From Patescibacteria group bacterium (GTDB lineage: Bacteria; Patescibacteriota; SICC01), in contig JBBDXB010000006.1 of assembly GCA_040902515.1 (NCBI GenBank), positions 66,219-130,218 of the forward strand: a DNA stretch of 64,000 nt, given 5' to 3'. Shown piece after piece: positions 17,855 through 26,627 of this stretch. Position 1 is the first letter of the stretch, and every line of letters begins with the position of its first letter. The position numbers and the translations under genes are program-made. The notes beneath the pieces are model-generated. The model was given only the letters and a program-made list of their open reading frames with translations. It was not told the origin of the DNA and searched no databases.

Positions 17855-19126
17855 TCAGGTTGTCATCGCCTTCACGGCACGTCGCAATATCGATGGTAGC
17901 AGCTCCTCGGGGCCCGCGAGATCCAGCGCCAGGTTCGCGAGCGCCATCGGCGTCACGTCCTGCGGACCGGTCAGGCTCCGGGTGTGGTCCTTTACGTTCG
18001 GAATGTCCTCCGGACGGATGAAGTTGACCGTCGGTTTCTTGGCGAACGGAAGCTGTTTATACCATTTGGCGCCGTTCAGCACCTTGGAGACCTCGGGCAG
18101 TTCCGAGCCGCCGCCGCAGAGCAGGATCCGGGCCGGCAGCAGGTCGAGGTTGCCGAACTCCGAGAGCGTGAGTTGCACGCCGGACAGCCAGACGTCGGCA
18201 TCCGCGGCGACGGCCTCCTTCACGAGCTTGGTGGAAGGCTGATCGAGCAATTGGCTGGTGTAGGCCAGCTTCACCTCTTCCGCCTTCTCGAACGGCGAGT
18301 TGAGCGCCTGCGCGAGCCGGCGGGTGAACGTGCGGCCGCCGAGCGCGAACATCTTGGTGCCGACCACGCCGCCGTTGCTGACCACCGCCACGTCGGTGGT
18401 GCCGCCGCCGATGTCGATGAACACCGCCGAGAACTCGGTCTGGTCCTCGATTCCCAGGCAGCGCGCTACCGCGTACGGCTCCGCCGCGATCGAGAGCAGG
18501 TCCAGCCCGAGCTCCTCGGGAATCGCCTGGAGCGCGGTCAGGTGCACGAGCGGCGCGAACGCGTTGAAGATCCCGATCGTCACGTCCTTGCCCTGGAAGC
18601 CGACGGGGTTGGTCACGCGGTAACCGTCGATCCGGACGTCAACGATCGCCGCGTTCACCAGCTTCACGTCAATCTCCGCGTGGCCGGTCTCCCAGGCAAG
18701 CTGCTGGCGCACCTGGTCGAACGCCTTCCATTGCACCTTATGCACGATGTTCTTGAGTTCGGTGAGGTCGATCTTGGTACTCGGCTTGGCACGCTCGTAA
18801 TGGACGGTGGTGGTCGCGCCCTTCACCAGTTCGCCGGCGATGCCCATCACCACCTGTTCCGGCATCACGCCGGCCATCTGCTGCGCCCGTTCCAGTGCCT
18901 TCTCGCAATTCTCGATCACGCCGCCGATGTCGGTGACCGCGCCGCCCTGCATGTCGCCGAGCCGCTGGCGCTGCCGACCGCTACCGATCACCACTGCCTT
19001 GCCATCGACGATCTCACAGATCAGCGCTTTCACGAACTCGGTACCGATGTCGAGCGCGATAAAGTAGTTCGAGAGCGTCTGGTTCGAACCCGCGAAAACC
19101 GAACCGACCTTGTCGAGCAGGCCCAT
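17855..19126 (-). CDS. FtsA-like actin-fold ATPase
   Basis: ALDIGTE, AEPYA, DIGGGTTD, AEEVK, LCGGGS. Confidence 0.85.
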   Translation of the reverse strand: MGLLDKVGSVFAGSNQTLSNYFIALDIGTEFVKALICEIVDGKAVVIGSGRQRQRLGDMQGGAVTDIGGVIENCEKALERAQQMAGVMPEQVVMGIAGELVKGATTTVHYERAKPSTKIDLTELKNIVHKVQWKAFDQVRQQLAWETGHAEIDVKLVNAAIVDVRIDGYRVTNPVGFQGKDVTIGIFNAFAPLVHLTALQAIPEELGLDLLSIAAEPYAVARCLGIEDQTEFSAVFIDIGGGTTDVAVVSNGGVVGTKMFALGGRTFTRRLAQALNSPFEKAEEVKLAYTSQLLDQPSTKLVKEAVAADADVWLSGVQLTLSEFGNLDLLPARILLCGGGSELPEVSKVLNGAKWYKQLPFAKKPTVNFIRPEDIPNVKDHTRSLTGPQDVTPMALANLALDLAGPEELLPSILRRAVKAMTT

Positions 19127-19216
19127 CAGGCAGCGTGGTTATGGTGTTGATGTGTCACCCGTCCATTGTAGCGGGCGGGCGGGCTTCGGCCAGAGAAAGT
19201 CCCCAATCATTGCACG

Positions 19217-19681
19217 ATGACGTCCCCGACCATAAACTGGGTTGTCATGGACCATCCTGAACCGCACCCCACCGAAGCCCTGGAGCAGGCACTCAGCGCG
19301 CACCTGGAAGCGCTGCGGGTAGCAACTCATTGCTACGATCACGAACACGCCAAGGAAATCGCCGGGGAGCTGGCGACGTACGGTCAGCCGGACGAGTTCC
19401 GCTTGGAAGGGCTGTTCGCGCTCGGTGAACTGGCCGAGCAGGAACACGAGTTCGACGAGGCACTCGCGTTCTATGAGGAAGCACGGCAGCTGGCGGTCAG
19501 CACCGAAAGCTATGAACGTGCCGCTGACATCCAGCGATCGGTCGGCTGGCTGTACCGCAACCAGCTCGGGGACCGGGAGCGGGCCCGCGAAGCATTCATG
19601 GCACGAAATGAATACTCCCGGGCCGCGAAACGGTTCCCGCCGCGGCGATTCGGGCGGTTGGTTTCCCACGACGACGATTAA
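19217..19681 (+). CDS. TPR-like helical hypothetical protein
   Basis: Helical repeats such as LGELA...FDEALAFYEEA. Confidence 0.6.
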   Translation: MTSPTINWVVMDHPEPHPTEALEQALSAHLEALRVATHCYDHEHAKEIAGELATYGQPDEFRLEGLFALGELAEQEHEFDEALAFYEEARQLAVSTESYERAADIQRSVGWLYRNQLGDRERAREAFMARNEYSRAAKRFPPRRFGRLVSHDDD

Positions 19682-19689
19682 TCGCGGGC

Positions 19690-19731
19690 AAAAGAAAAAC
19701 CGCCCCGGCATCTGGTGTGATGTCGGGACGG
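19690..19731 (-). terminator. Intrinsic terminator
   Basis: GC-rich stem followed by TTTTTCTTTT on the minus strand. Confidence 0.6.
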
Positions 19732-19743
19732 GTGCCCGTGCGG

Positions 19744-20208
19744 TCATGTATCGGCAGGTCGGGAGTTCGCAACGGCGCGCTTGATGATGCCGCGATGCGC
19801 CGCCACTTTCCGATCCGAAAAGGACTCGTTGACGCGACGGACCGCTGCGGCCAGGATCAGCAGATGCTCCTTCTGCACGGAGACCTCCTCCGGCCGTACG
19901 ACCTCCAGGGCCAGGTAGAGAGCAGGGCGGCTGTGGAGGAAGTCTTTCTTGTCGTCGAACAGGCGCTTCATCAGCGCGTATCGGACGTACTGGACGCGGG
20001 CCTCGTGGAGTACCTCGGGCGTCAATCCGAGCGCACCCGGCGTGACGCCGTGTGCCAGCGCATTGTCGATACCGATGATCGCGTGCTCGTCCCGGTCGAC
20101 GATGCGTTTGGCCCAGCGAAGCTCCTTCTGATTCGGCTTCATCGGGGCAACTGTTGCCATGGCTTTCCTTTCGTCGGGTGAAAGTGCGGTATCCCATGCG
20201 TCATGCAT
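19744..20208 (-). CDS. Hypothetical protein
   Basis: ORF with host-like codon usage. Start uncertain. Confidence 0.55.
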   Translation of the reverse strand: MHDAWDTALSPDERKAMATVAPMKPNQKELRWAKRIVDRDEHAIIGIDNALAHGVTPGALGLTPEVLHEARVQYVRYALMKRLFDDKKDFLHSRPALYLALEVVRPEEVSVQKEHLLILAAAVRRVNESFSDRKVAAHRGIIKRAVANSRPADT

Positions 20209-20251
20209 CGCGCATAAGACACCTCAGCATAGACGAGGCCGTGCGGCTTGC

Positions 20252-22072
20252 CTACTCGACGATCGCTTTGATCCGCCGCACGCCGGCGCCGACGGACTCC
20301 TGTTTCTTGATCCTGAACGTGCCGATCTGACCGGTGTGTTCCACGTGCGGTCCGCCGCAGAATTCCATGGACCGGACGCTGTCCGGATCGCCGATGACGT
20401 AGACGGAGACGATGTCCGGGTACTTGTGCCCGAATTCCATCTGCGCGCCGAGCCGCTCCGCTTCCTCACGCGGCATCTCCTTGCGGGTAACCGGCAGGTC
20501 CTCGCGGATCCACTCGTTCACCAGCGCCTCGACTTGGTTGAGTTCCTCCTCCGCAAGCTTCTCGGGATGCGCGAAGTCGAAGCGGAGCCGCTCCGCGGTG
20601 ATGTTGCTGCCGCGCTGCTTCACCTGGTCACCCAGTACGTCACGGAGCGCCGCCAGCAGCAGGTGCGTGGCGGTGTGTTGCCGGACGACCTTCTCGGAGT
20701 GGTCGGCGAGGCCGCCGGCGAACTTCTGCTTGGCGCCGGCACGGGACTTTTGCTGGTGGGCTTTTTGAGCTTTGTAAAATTCTCCTTCAACCCTTCTGTG
20801 ATTTACGGTAATGCTACGGCGTCGTAGTTCTTCGATACTAACTTCCAGTGGAAATCCATACGTCTGAAATAAATCGAAAAGAATTGCGCCACTCGTAAAG
20901 ACTGGCAGTGTTTGGGGCGTAAACTTTTCACGAAATTCCCGTTCAAATTCATCAAATTTTCGCAGTCCTTTGGTCAGAGACTTATGGAACTTCTCTTCTT
21001 CCTTGAGTAGCTCATCCCGGATCGTCTTCGCCTCGCGCTCAAGCTCCGGGTACGCATCCTTGAACTTTGCTACGACGACCTCCGCGACCGATTCACTGAA
21101 CGGATACTCGATCTTCAGGAGTCGTGCCTGCCGCACCGCCCGGCGGACCAACCGCCGCAGGATGTAGCCGCGGTCCGTGTTCGATGGTCGCACGCCGTCC
21201 GCGATCATGAACGTCTCGGCTTTCAGATGGTCCGCGATGATCCGTTCCGCCCGGACCAGCTCCGGGTTGTCCTCGTGCCGCTCCTTCACGTTCGCGAGTT
21301 TCCGGATCCGCTCGATGATCGGCGCGAACAGGTCGGTCTCGTACACGTTCCGCTTCTGCTGCAATACCACTGCCAGCCGCTCGAGTCCCATCCCAGTGTC
21401 CACGTTCTTCTGCGCCAACGGTTCGAACGCGCCGTCCGCCGTCTTCTCGTACTGCATGAAGACGTTGTTCCAGACCTCCAGCCAGCGATCGTCCTCGGCG
21501 GGCTCGGATTCGGGAGCGCCCTTACCGATCCAGTAGAATATCTCGGTGTCAGGGCCGCACGGGCCGGTCTCACCGGCCGGTCCCCACCAGTTGTCTTCCT
21601 TGCCGTAGAAGAAGATCCGATCCTTCGGCACGCCCTGCGTTTCCCAGAGCTTCGCGGCTTCTTCGTCCTTCGGGACGCCAGGTGTGGCTTTATCGCCCGC
21701 AAAACACGAAACGGCGATTTTATCTTTCTCAAGCCTGAGATTCTCCGTCAGCAGCTCCCAGCTCCAGGCGATCGCCTCTTCCTTGAAGTAGTCACCGAGC
21801 GACCAGTTGCCGAGCATCTCGAAGAACGTGAGGTGCGATTCGTCGCCGACCTCGTCGATGTCCACGGTGCGGATGCACTTCTGCGCGTCCGCCAGGCGCT
21901 TGCCGGCCGGATGCGGCTCGCCGAGCAGGTACGGCACCAGCGGGTGCATGCCGGCGGTCGTGAAGAGGACCGTCGGATCGTGCTGCGGTACCACCGGCGC
22001 GCTCGGGATGATCGCGTGCCCGCGTTCCTCGAAGAACTGCAGGAACGTGTTCCGAATGTCGGAGGCTTTCAT
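20252..22072 (-). CDS. alaS: Alanyl-tRNA synthetase (short form lacking C-Ala)
   Basis: FTTAGM, HLTFFEMLGNWS, GPCGP, DTGMGLER, editing motifs HTATH and CGGPH. Confidence 0.97.
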   Translation of the reverse strand: MKASDIRNTFLQFFEERGHAIIPSAPVVPQHDPTVLFTTAGMHPLVPYLLGEPHPAGKRLADAQKCIRTVDIDEVGDESHLTFFEMLGNWSLGDYFKEEAIAWSWELLTENLRLEKDKIAVSCFAGDKATPGVPKDEEAAKLWETQGVPKDRIFFYGKEDNWWGPAGETGPCGPDTEIFYWIGKGAPESEPAEDDRWLEVWNNVFMQYEKTADGAFEPLAQKNVDTGMGLERLAVVLQQKRNVYETDLFAPIIERIRKLANVKERHEDNPELVRAERIIADHLKAETFMIADGVRPSNTDRGYILRRLVRRAVRQARLLKIEYPFSESVAEVVVAKFKDAYPELEREAKTIRDELLKEEEKFHKSLTKGLRKFDEFEREFREKFTPQTLPVFTSGAILFDLFQTYGFPLEVSIEELRRRSITVNHRRVEGEFYKAQKAHQQKSRAGAKQKFAGGLADHSEKVVRQHTATHLLLAALRDVLGDQVKQRGSNITAERLRFDFAHPEKLAEEELNQVEALVNEWIREDLPVTRKEMPREEAERLGAQMEFGHKYPDIVSVYVIGDPDSVRSMEFCGGPHVEHTGQIGTFRIKKQESVGAGVRRIKAIVE

Positions 22073-22123
22073 ACTCTCTAGCTTACGTTCGTTGTTTGCG
22101 TGAAGCGAGAATAAGTCAGCACA

Positions 22124-23839
22124 TCAAAACTGCGTCAAGTCAATCAAATACTCTTTCGATCCGGGCATGGGTTTGTAATGCGGCGGTTCCAACGGACACA
22201 TTAACTCAAAAGCCGGTAAAAGCGGCCAGCAACTTTCCAGCACGGGCACCACCCCATTCATCCGTCGCTGTACCGCATGCTCATAGAAGCCATTGCGATC
22301 GAGGAACCGGTGCTTCAGCGGCTTCGCAAGCACCAGATCGCGAAATCCTCCCGACACCATCGATAACCCTGTTGCGTGCGACGCCATAAACGCTGACAAC
22401 ATCACGGGAGTGCTGGGCGAAACCTGCCGAATCGCTTTCGTCAGCAACTTGAGGATAGCGCTGCTCGTATAACGCGGGGCTAAACCGAAAGTGTAGAGCC
22501 GTGTGGATTCAACCGCGTTGTCGATAGGGAATCCCTGATAGAGCAAGGCATCCTCTTTGTATTCCCGATTTACTCTGGCAGCCGAGATTACGGAAAAAGG
22601 CAGGCTCGCTCCCTTTGCAAACAGACCGAAAGCCCAATCGGCTCGAGGAGAGTGGATGTAATGCAATGAGGCATGTATAACCCTTGCCAGCTCTATCGGT
22701 ACGGGCCTGAATTCGAGTGGAACGAAGCCGCCCCGCTGCTCAGCGGCTCCCAGTTCTCCACCTACCCGGTGAATATGCCAGGTACCTTCAGTAAAATTCC
22801 TGTACTCCCCTTCAATTTCCGACACGAGAGAACTGACGACTTTCAGGCGTTGCTCAACCAAAGCCAGCTGTTCTTCGGCAATGTTCTTAAGCACTTCGGG
22901 CTTCAGCCGATGCTGCGCGATTTTCTCAGCGGACAGCCGCGTGATATTTGACCAATCATTGAAAGCGCCTGCATCGGTAAGATACTCGGCGAGCACGGCA
23001 CCATCGGACACGGCTTTTTCAAACGGAATCGTCGTAAGCCGAAAGGCGATTTGATACTTAAGATCCGTCCTGTCGGCATGTTTCGGCAGCTTCAAATTCC
23101 GCACATAGGAGCTGATTTGTCCCTGCGCCCACCGCATGAGCGGGTCAGTCGGCCAATTCTTGACGGTAGGTTTGGGAGTCAGCTTCGTTCTTCCCTCGAG
23201 GATCGATTTGCGTAAGTTCGTACGACGACTATGGGAACGCTCGGCTTGGGCCATGGCCAAGACCAGACGTGAGAAAAAAGTGTCCAATGGGTACAGGGGA
23301 ATTCGCCAATCCGATCGTTCGCAACATGACCCGGCGGAACCCTTGGGGCAGATATGTATACGATGCCAGCCAGGAGGAAAGTCGGTGGCCTGATTAGCCA
23401 GTAACGCGATGCCTTGGTTGGTGGGTAACCGCCCCAGTGCTCGAGTTACCAACGAATATGCTTTTGCATAGTGCTCGGAGAGGTCCGGGTACTCCATGGC
23501 TTGTCTTTTCAGAGCACCCGCCGTGACTTGTAACGCCTCTTCTTCCGTAAGAAGACAATCATCCGTACGCAGTTGTTTCATCGCACGCCGCGATGCCTGG
23601 CGAGAAGCACCCTCTGTAAGGCCAAACTCCCGGAAGCGCTTCGCCATACTAGGCACCAAAGCATTAAGCCAGATAAGACGATACCCTGTCCTCGGAAAAA
23701 CCTTGGAAAGCAGTCGTGCCGCATTATGCTGTTCGGCTCGTTCACAGACCAGGATAAGGTTTGCCCGGCGAACCAAAGTGCCGGTTGGTGGAGCCGTCCC
23801 GGACGTCGTCAGGTCGGTTTCCATTGGCCGCTTAACCAT
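22124..23839 (-). CDS. Large protein with C-terminal Mom-like/GNAT-fold domain
   Basis: LHYIH...FGLF...VESTRLY...APRYTSSAIL...MLSA...HATG resembles Mom-family acyltransferases. SD GGAAGG and overlap with the upstream stop. Confidence 0.55.
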   Translation of the reverse strand: MVKRPMETDLTTSGTAPPTGTLVRRANLILVCERAEQHNAARLLSKVFPRTGYRLIWLNALVPSMAKRFREFGLTEGASRQASRRAMKQLRTDDCLLTEEEALQVTAGALKRQAMEYPDLSEHYAKAYSLVTRALGRLPTNQGIALLANQATDFPPGWHRIHICPKGSAGSCCERSDWRIPLYPLDTFFSRLVLAMAQAERSHSRRTNLRKSILEGRTKLTPKPTVKNWPTDPLMRWAQGQISSYVRNLKLPKHADRTDLKYQIAFRLTTIPFEKAVSDGAVLAEYLTDAGAFNDWSNITRLSAEKIAQHRLKPEVLKNIAEEQLALVEQRLKVVSSLVSEIEGEYRNFTEGTWHIHRVGGELGAAEQRGGFVPLEFRPVPIELARVIHASLHYIHSPRADWAFGLFAKGASLPFSVISAARVNREYKEDALLYQGFPIDNAVESTRLYTFGLAPRYTSSAILKLLTKAIRQVSPSTPVMLSAFMASHATGLSMVSGGFRDLVLAKPLKHRFLDRNGFYEHAVQRRMNGVVPVLESCWPLLPAFELMCPLEPPHYKPMPGSKEYLIDLTQF

Positions 23840-24458
23840 CGGACCGCCTTCCGGTCTCAAAGAACGTACGAATCGCTTTCTCTAGGCGGTCCCAGGAAAC
23901 TTCCCCTTTGGCCAGCTCGCTTGGCGATAAGTCGAAGAAGTTCTTGCCGAATTGCGGGTAATACCAGAGACTGCAAAGCCAGATTCCCGGCCTGTACTTA
24001 CGACGATCGTAGGATTCCTGCATGATCCCTTTGGAACCATCGACCTCCAGTGAAAAGATCCGCTTCCCTTTGTGGGCGATGGCGGCTGCTTCCCGCCAAA
24101 TCATTTTCCGTTCATCGCCGCGCTTGTCCTTCATAAGCTCAAGGATCGCGTCGAGCCGTTCGAAATCCGTGGCGTTCTCTCGGTTGATGAAACGCCTGGT
24201 GAAAAGTTTATTCCATCTACTGCCCAGAGCAGGAATGTCAATTCCGCCGTCTGTAGCAATGGCATATCCGTCGTACCGCTTGGAAAAAGTAACCGCTTTA
24301 TCCGTCGCGATACTTTCGAAACTTTGTCCTTCTTCATTCAACTCAGCAGAGATGGACGTGTCTTCCAGTCTTACCGGCTCGAAGTATCCGCTGACAATCC
24401 GTGAGAGTTTTTGGATTTTGTGCGGATTGGTCGTGCCTAATAAGATGGTTCTGGTCAC
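23832..24458 (-). CDS. HAM1/ITPase-fold non-canonical NTP pyrophosphatase-like protein
   Basis: GTTNPHK, EEGQSF...A.DKA, ATDGGIDIPALG. GTGA overlap with the upstream stop. Confidence 0.85.
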   Translation of the reverse strand: MTRTILLGTTNPHKIQKLSRIVSGYFEPVRLEDTSISAELNEEGQSFESIATDKAVTFSKRYDGYAIATDGGIDIPALGSRWNKLFTRRFINRENATDFERLDAILELMKDKRGDERKMIWREAAAIAHKGKRIFSLEVDGSKGIMQESYDRRKYRPGIWLCSLWYYPQFGKNFFDLSPSELAKGEVSWDRLEKAIRTFFETGRRSDG

Positions 24459-25054
24459 AGTCGTACCGCTACATTTTCTTCTAGTAATCGCCAATTCCGG
24501 CTAAATGTCTCCGGGGTATTGTTGATGCGAACGAAACGCGCGCCAACATACTCTGCTAGATACGCTGTGGCAGCCCTTGCGATATCCTGGTGAAGGCCGA
24601 TTGTGGTTGAATCTTCCGGATCACGGTCGCGCGTGGTGTCGCACGCACGCCAGTCAGCAATTTGTTCAGGATCAGCTTCAATGAACGCATAAACGTTCGC
24701 GCTAATCTGCTGTTCAATTTTTGGGTTGATTACCAGTGATTCACCTTGCCTGTACAGTACATGAGTATTTAGCACGGCTGGACCCCTGCTTCGGATGTCA
24801 CAAGCCAGCTCTTCGATGATTCGGTAGAGCTCGCTTTGGGGAATCTCCTGAGAGATTCGATCACGGTCAGAAAGTGATGGCCTAAGCGCCTGGGCTCGTT
24901 CGAACAGCTCTTGGCCGAAATTAACTACCTCTACCGAAAGTTTACTCTGGTCTCGAAAAGCCTCGATCAAGTAATCTTTCCCTGATCCAGACACACCTGT
25001 CACAACCATAAGAGGATTGCGTTCGTCGGGATTTGATGGGTTCTCAGGAGTCAT
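24455..25054 (-). CDS. Archaeal-type adenylate kinase (AdkA)-like P-loop kinase
   Basis: VVTGVSGSGK, VVNFG, NTH, IEADPEQI..R..D.TRDRD, HQ..AR. Confidence 0.8.
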   Translation of the reverse strand: MTPENPSNPDERNPLMVVTGVSGSGKDYLIEAFRDQSKLSVEVVNFGQELFERAQALRPSLSDRDRISQEIPQSELYRIIEELACDIRSRGPAVLNTHVLYRQGESLVINPKIEQQISANVYAFIEADPEQIADWRACDTTRDRDPEDSTTIGLHQDIARAATAYLAEYVGARFVRINNTPETFSRNWRLLEENVAVRL

Positions 25055-25057
25055 GAA

Positions 25058-25107
25058 AACTAACGATAGTGGCCGTTAGTTATACAACCATGCTTACCAC
25101 AAGTCAA
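25058..25107 (-). promoter_or_regulatory. Island promoter with overlapping inverted repeat
   Basis: TTGACT-17-TATAAC. AACTAACG-N8-CGTTAGTT at 25058-25081. Confidence 0.55.
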
Positions 25108-25118
25108 CGATAAGCTGG

Positions 25119-25433
25119 CTACTCGTCCTTGCGCAGAATCCGCCGCTTCTCCTTGGCGGCTTCTCTCTTACCCTCACCGGCGGCGTCCTTGATGTCTACG
25201 ATCACGCCGTCCGCGGCTTTCCGGACCTGCGCGACGATCTCGTCCACCGACCGGCCCTGCCTCAACTGTTCGAATTTCTGCTTGGCCTGCTTGCGGGTCT
25301 TCTCGCCCTTATCCGGCGCCAGGAACGCCGCGGCCGCAGCGCCAAGCGCCGCACCGACCGCAAAGCCCGAACCGCCTCCGCCCGACCGCTGGTGCGGACA
25401 GTCCTTGCAGTTGCATTCGTGTCTATGACTCAT
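25119..25433 (-). CDS. YtxH-domain protein
   Basis: GAALGAAAAAFLAPDKGEKTR. Confidence 0.85.
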   Translation of the reverse strand: MSHRHECNCKDCPHQRSGGGGSGFAVGAALGAAAAAFLAPDKGEKTRKQAKQKFEQLRQGRSVDEIVAQVRKAADGVIVDIKDAAGEGKREAAKEKRRILRKDE

Positions 25434-25550
25434 CGCCCCCAGTATACGCAAACGCCTGTCGCTGGTGAAACGCTATTACTGATGAGCGAGGTGCATCCCA
25501 ACGGTTGGAGCACTGAGCGTAGCGTTGAGCCGGTGACAGACGTTTGCGTG

Positions 25551-26618
25551 CTACCTGATGACCGCACTGCCGATCAGTTCATCACCGTCATACAGCACCG
25601 CGAACTGGCCCGGCGTGGGCCCGCGCTGCTCCTCGTCGAACTCGATCGTCAGGCCGGTCATCGACCGGCGGACCGTCGCGGGCGCGGGCTGCATCCGGTA
25701 GCGGATGCTCACCTCGCAGCGCCACTCGCCGCCCGCCAGCTCCGCCGGCTCCTCGCCGATCGCCCAGTGTGGCTGCTCCGTCGCCAGCTTATGCTTGTAG
25801 AGGTCGCGCTCGTGCCCCACGGTAACGGTGTTCGTCTCCACGTCCGTCTGTAGCACGTACATCGGCACCTGCTTCACCACACCCACGCCACGGCGCTGCC
25901 CGACCGTATAGAACGCCGCGCCCTGGTGCCGGCCGACCACCTCACCGTCCGGCGTCTGCACGTCGCCCGGCTTCGGCGGGATCTTCTGCTGCAGGAACTC
26001 CTTCATCTCGATCTGCCCGACGAAGCAGAGCCCCTGGCTGTCCGGTTTGTCCGCCACATGCAGGCCGAGCTTTACCGCCTTGCGGCGCACCTCATGCTTC
26101 TTCCAGTCACCGAGCGGGAATTCCGCGTGCCAGAGTTGCTCCTGCGAAAGCTGCGAGAGGAAATACGACTGGTCCTTTTCCGGATCCATGCCCTTCCGGA
26201 GGTGCGTATGGTCCTCGCACCGTTCCACGCGGGCATAGTGGCCGGTCGCCACGGCTTCGAAGCCGTGCTCCTTGGCCCAGGCCAGCAGCATCCCGAACTT
26301 GATCTCACGGTTACAGAGCACGTCCGGGTTCGGCGTCCGGCCCGCCGCGTATTCCGAAAAGAAGTAGTCGAGCACCGACTTCTTGTACCCTTCCTCGAAA
26401 CTCACCGTCTTGAACGGGATGCCGAGATCCTTGGCCACGCGCAGTGCATCGCGCCGATCCTTCGGCCACTGCGCACAGCCTTTCTGGAACCGGCCGTCCG
26501 TCCAGTTTTCCATATAGACGCCGGTCACGTCGTGCCCCTGTTCCTTGAGCAAGGCGGCCGCCACGGAGGAGTCCACTCCGCCGCTCATCCCGACGACGAT
26601 CTTCTGGGGCTTTTCCAT
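25551..26618 (-). CDS. mnmA: tRNA 2-thiouridylase
   Basis: SGGVDS, TPNPDVLCN, ATGHY, KDQSYFL, TPGQ. Confidence 0.97.
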   Translation of the reverse strand: MEKPQKIVVGMSGGVDSSVAAALLKEQGHDVTGVYMENWTDGRFQKGCAQWPKDRRDALRVAKDLGIPFKTVSFEEGYKKSVLDYFFSEYAAGRTPNPDVLCNREIKFGMLLAWAKEHGFEAVATGHYARVERCEDHTHLRKGMDPEKDQSYFLSQLSQEQLWHAEFPLGDWKKHEVRRKAVKLGLHVADKPDSQGLCFVGQIEMKEFLQQKIPPKPGDVQTPDGEVVGRHQGAAFYTVGQRRGVGVVKQVPMYVLQTDVETNTVTVGHERDLYKHKLATEQPHWAIGEEPAELAGGEWRCEVSIRYRMQPAPATVRRSMTGLTIEFDEEQRGPTPGQFAVLYDGDELIGSAVIR

Positions 26619-26627
26619 GTCTTTATT

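Noticed and set aside
22086-25118. Island as an IS or integrative element
   Set aside because: No transposase or integrase, and no convincing terminal or target-site repeats found by eye.
25467-25526. GAAAC...CTGATGAG as a hammerhead
   Set aside because: The order and nesting of the elements are incompatible with any hammerhead permutation. Kept only as a structured element.
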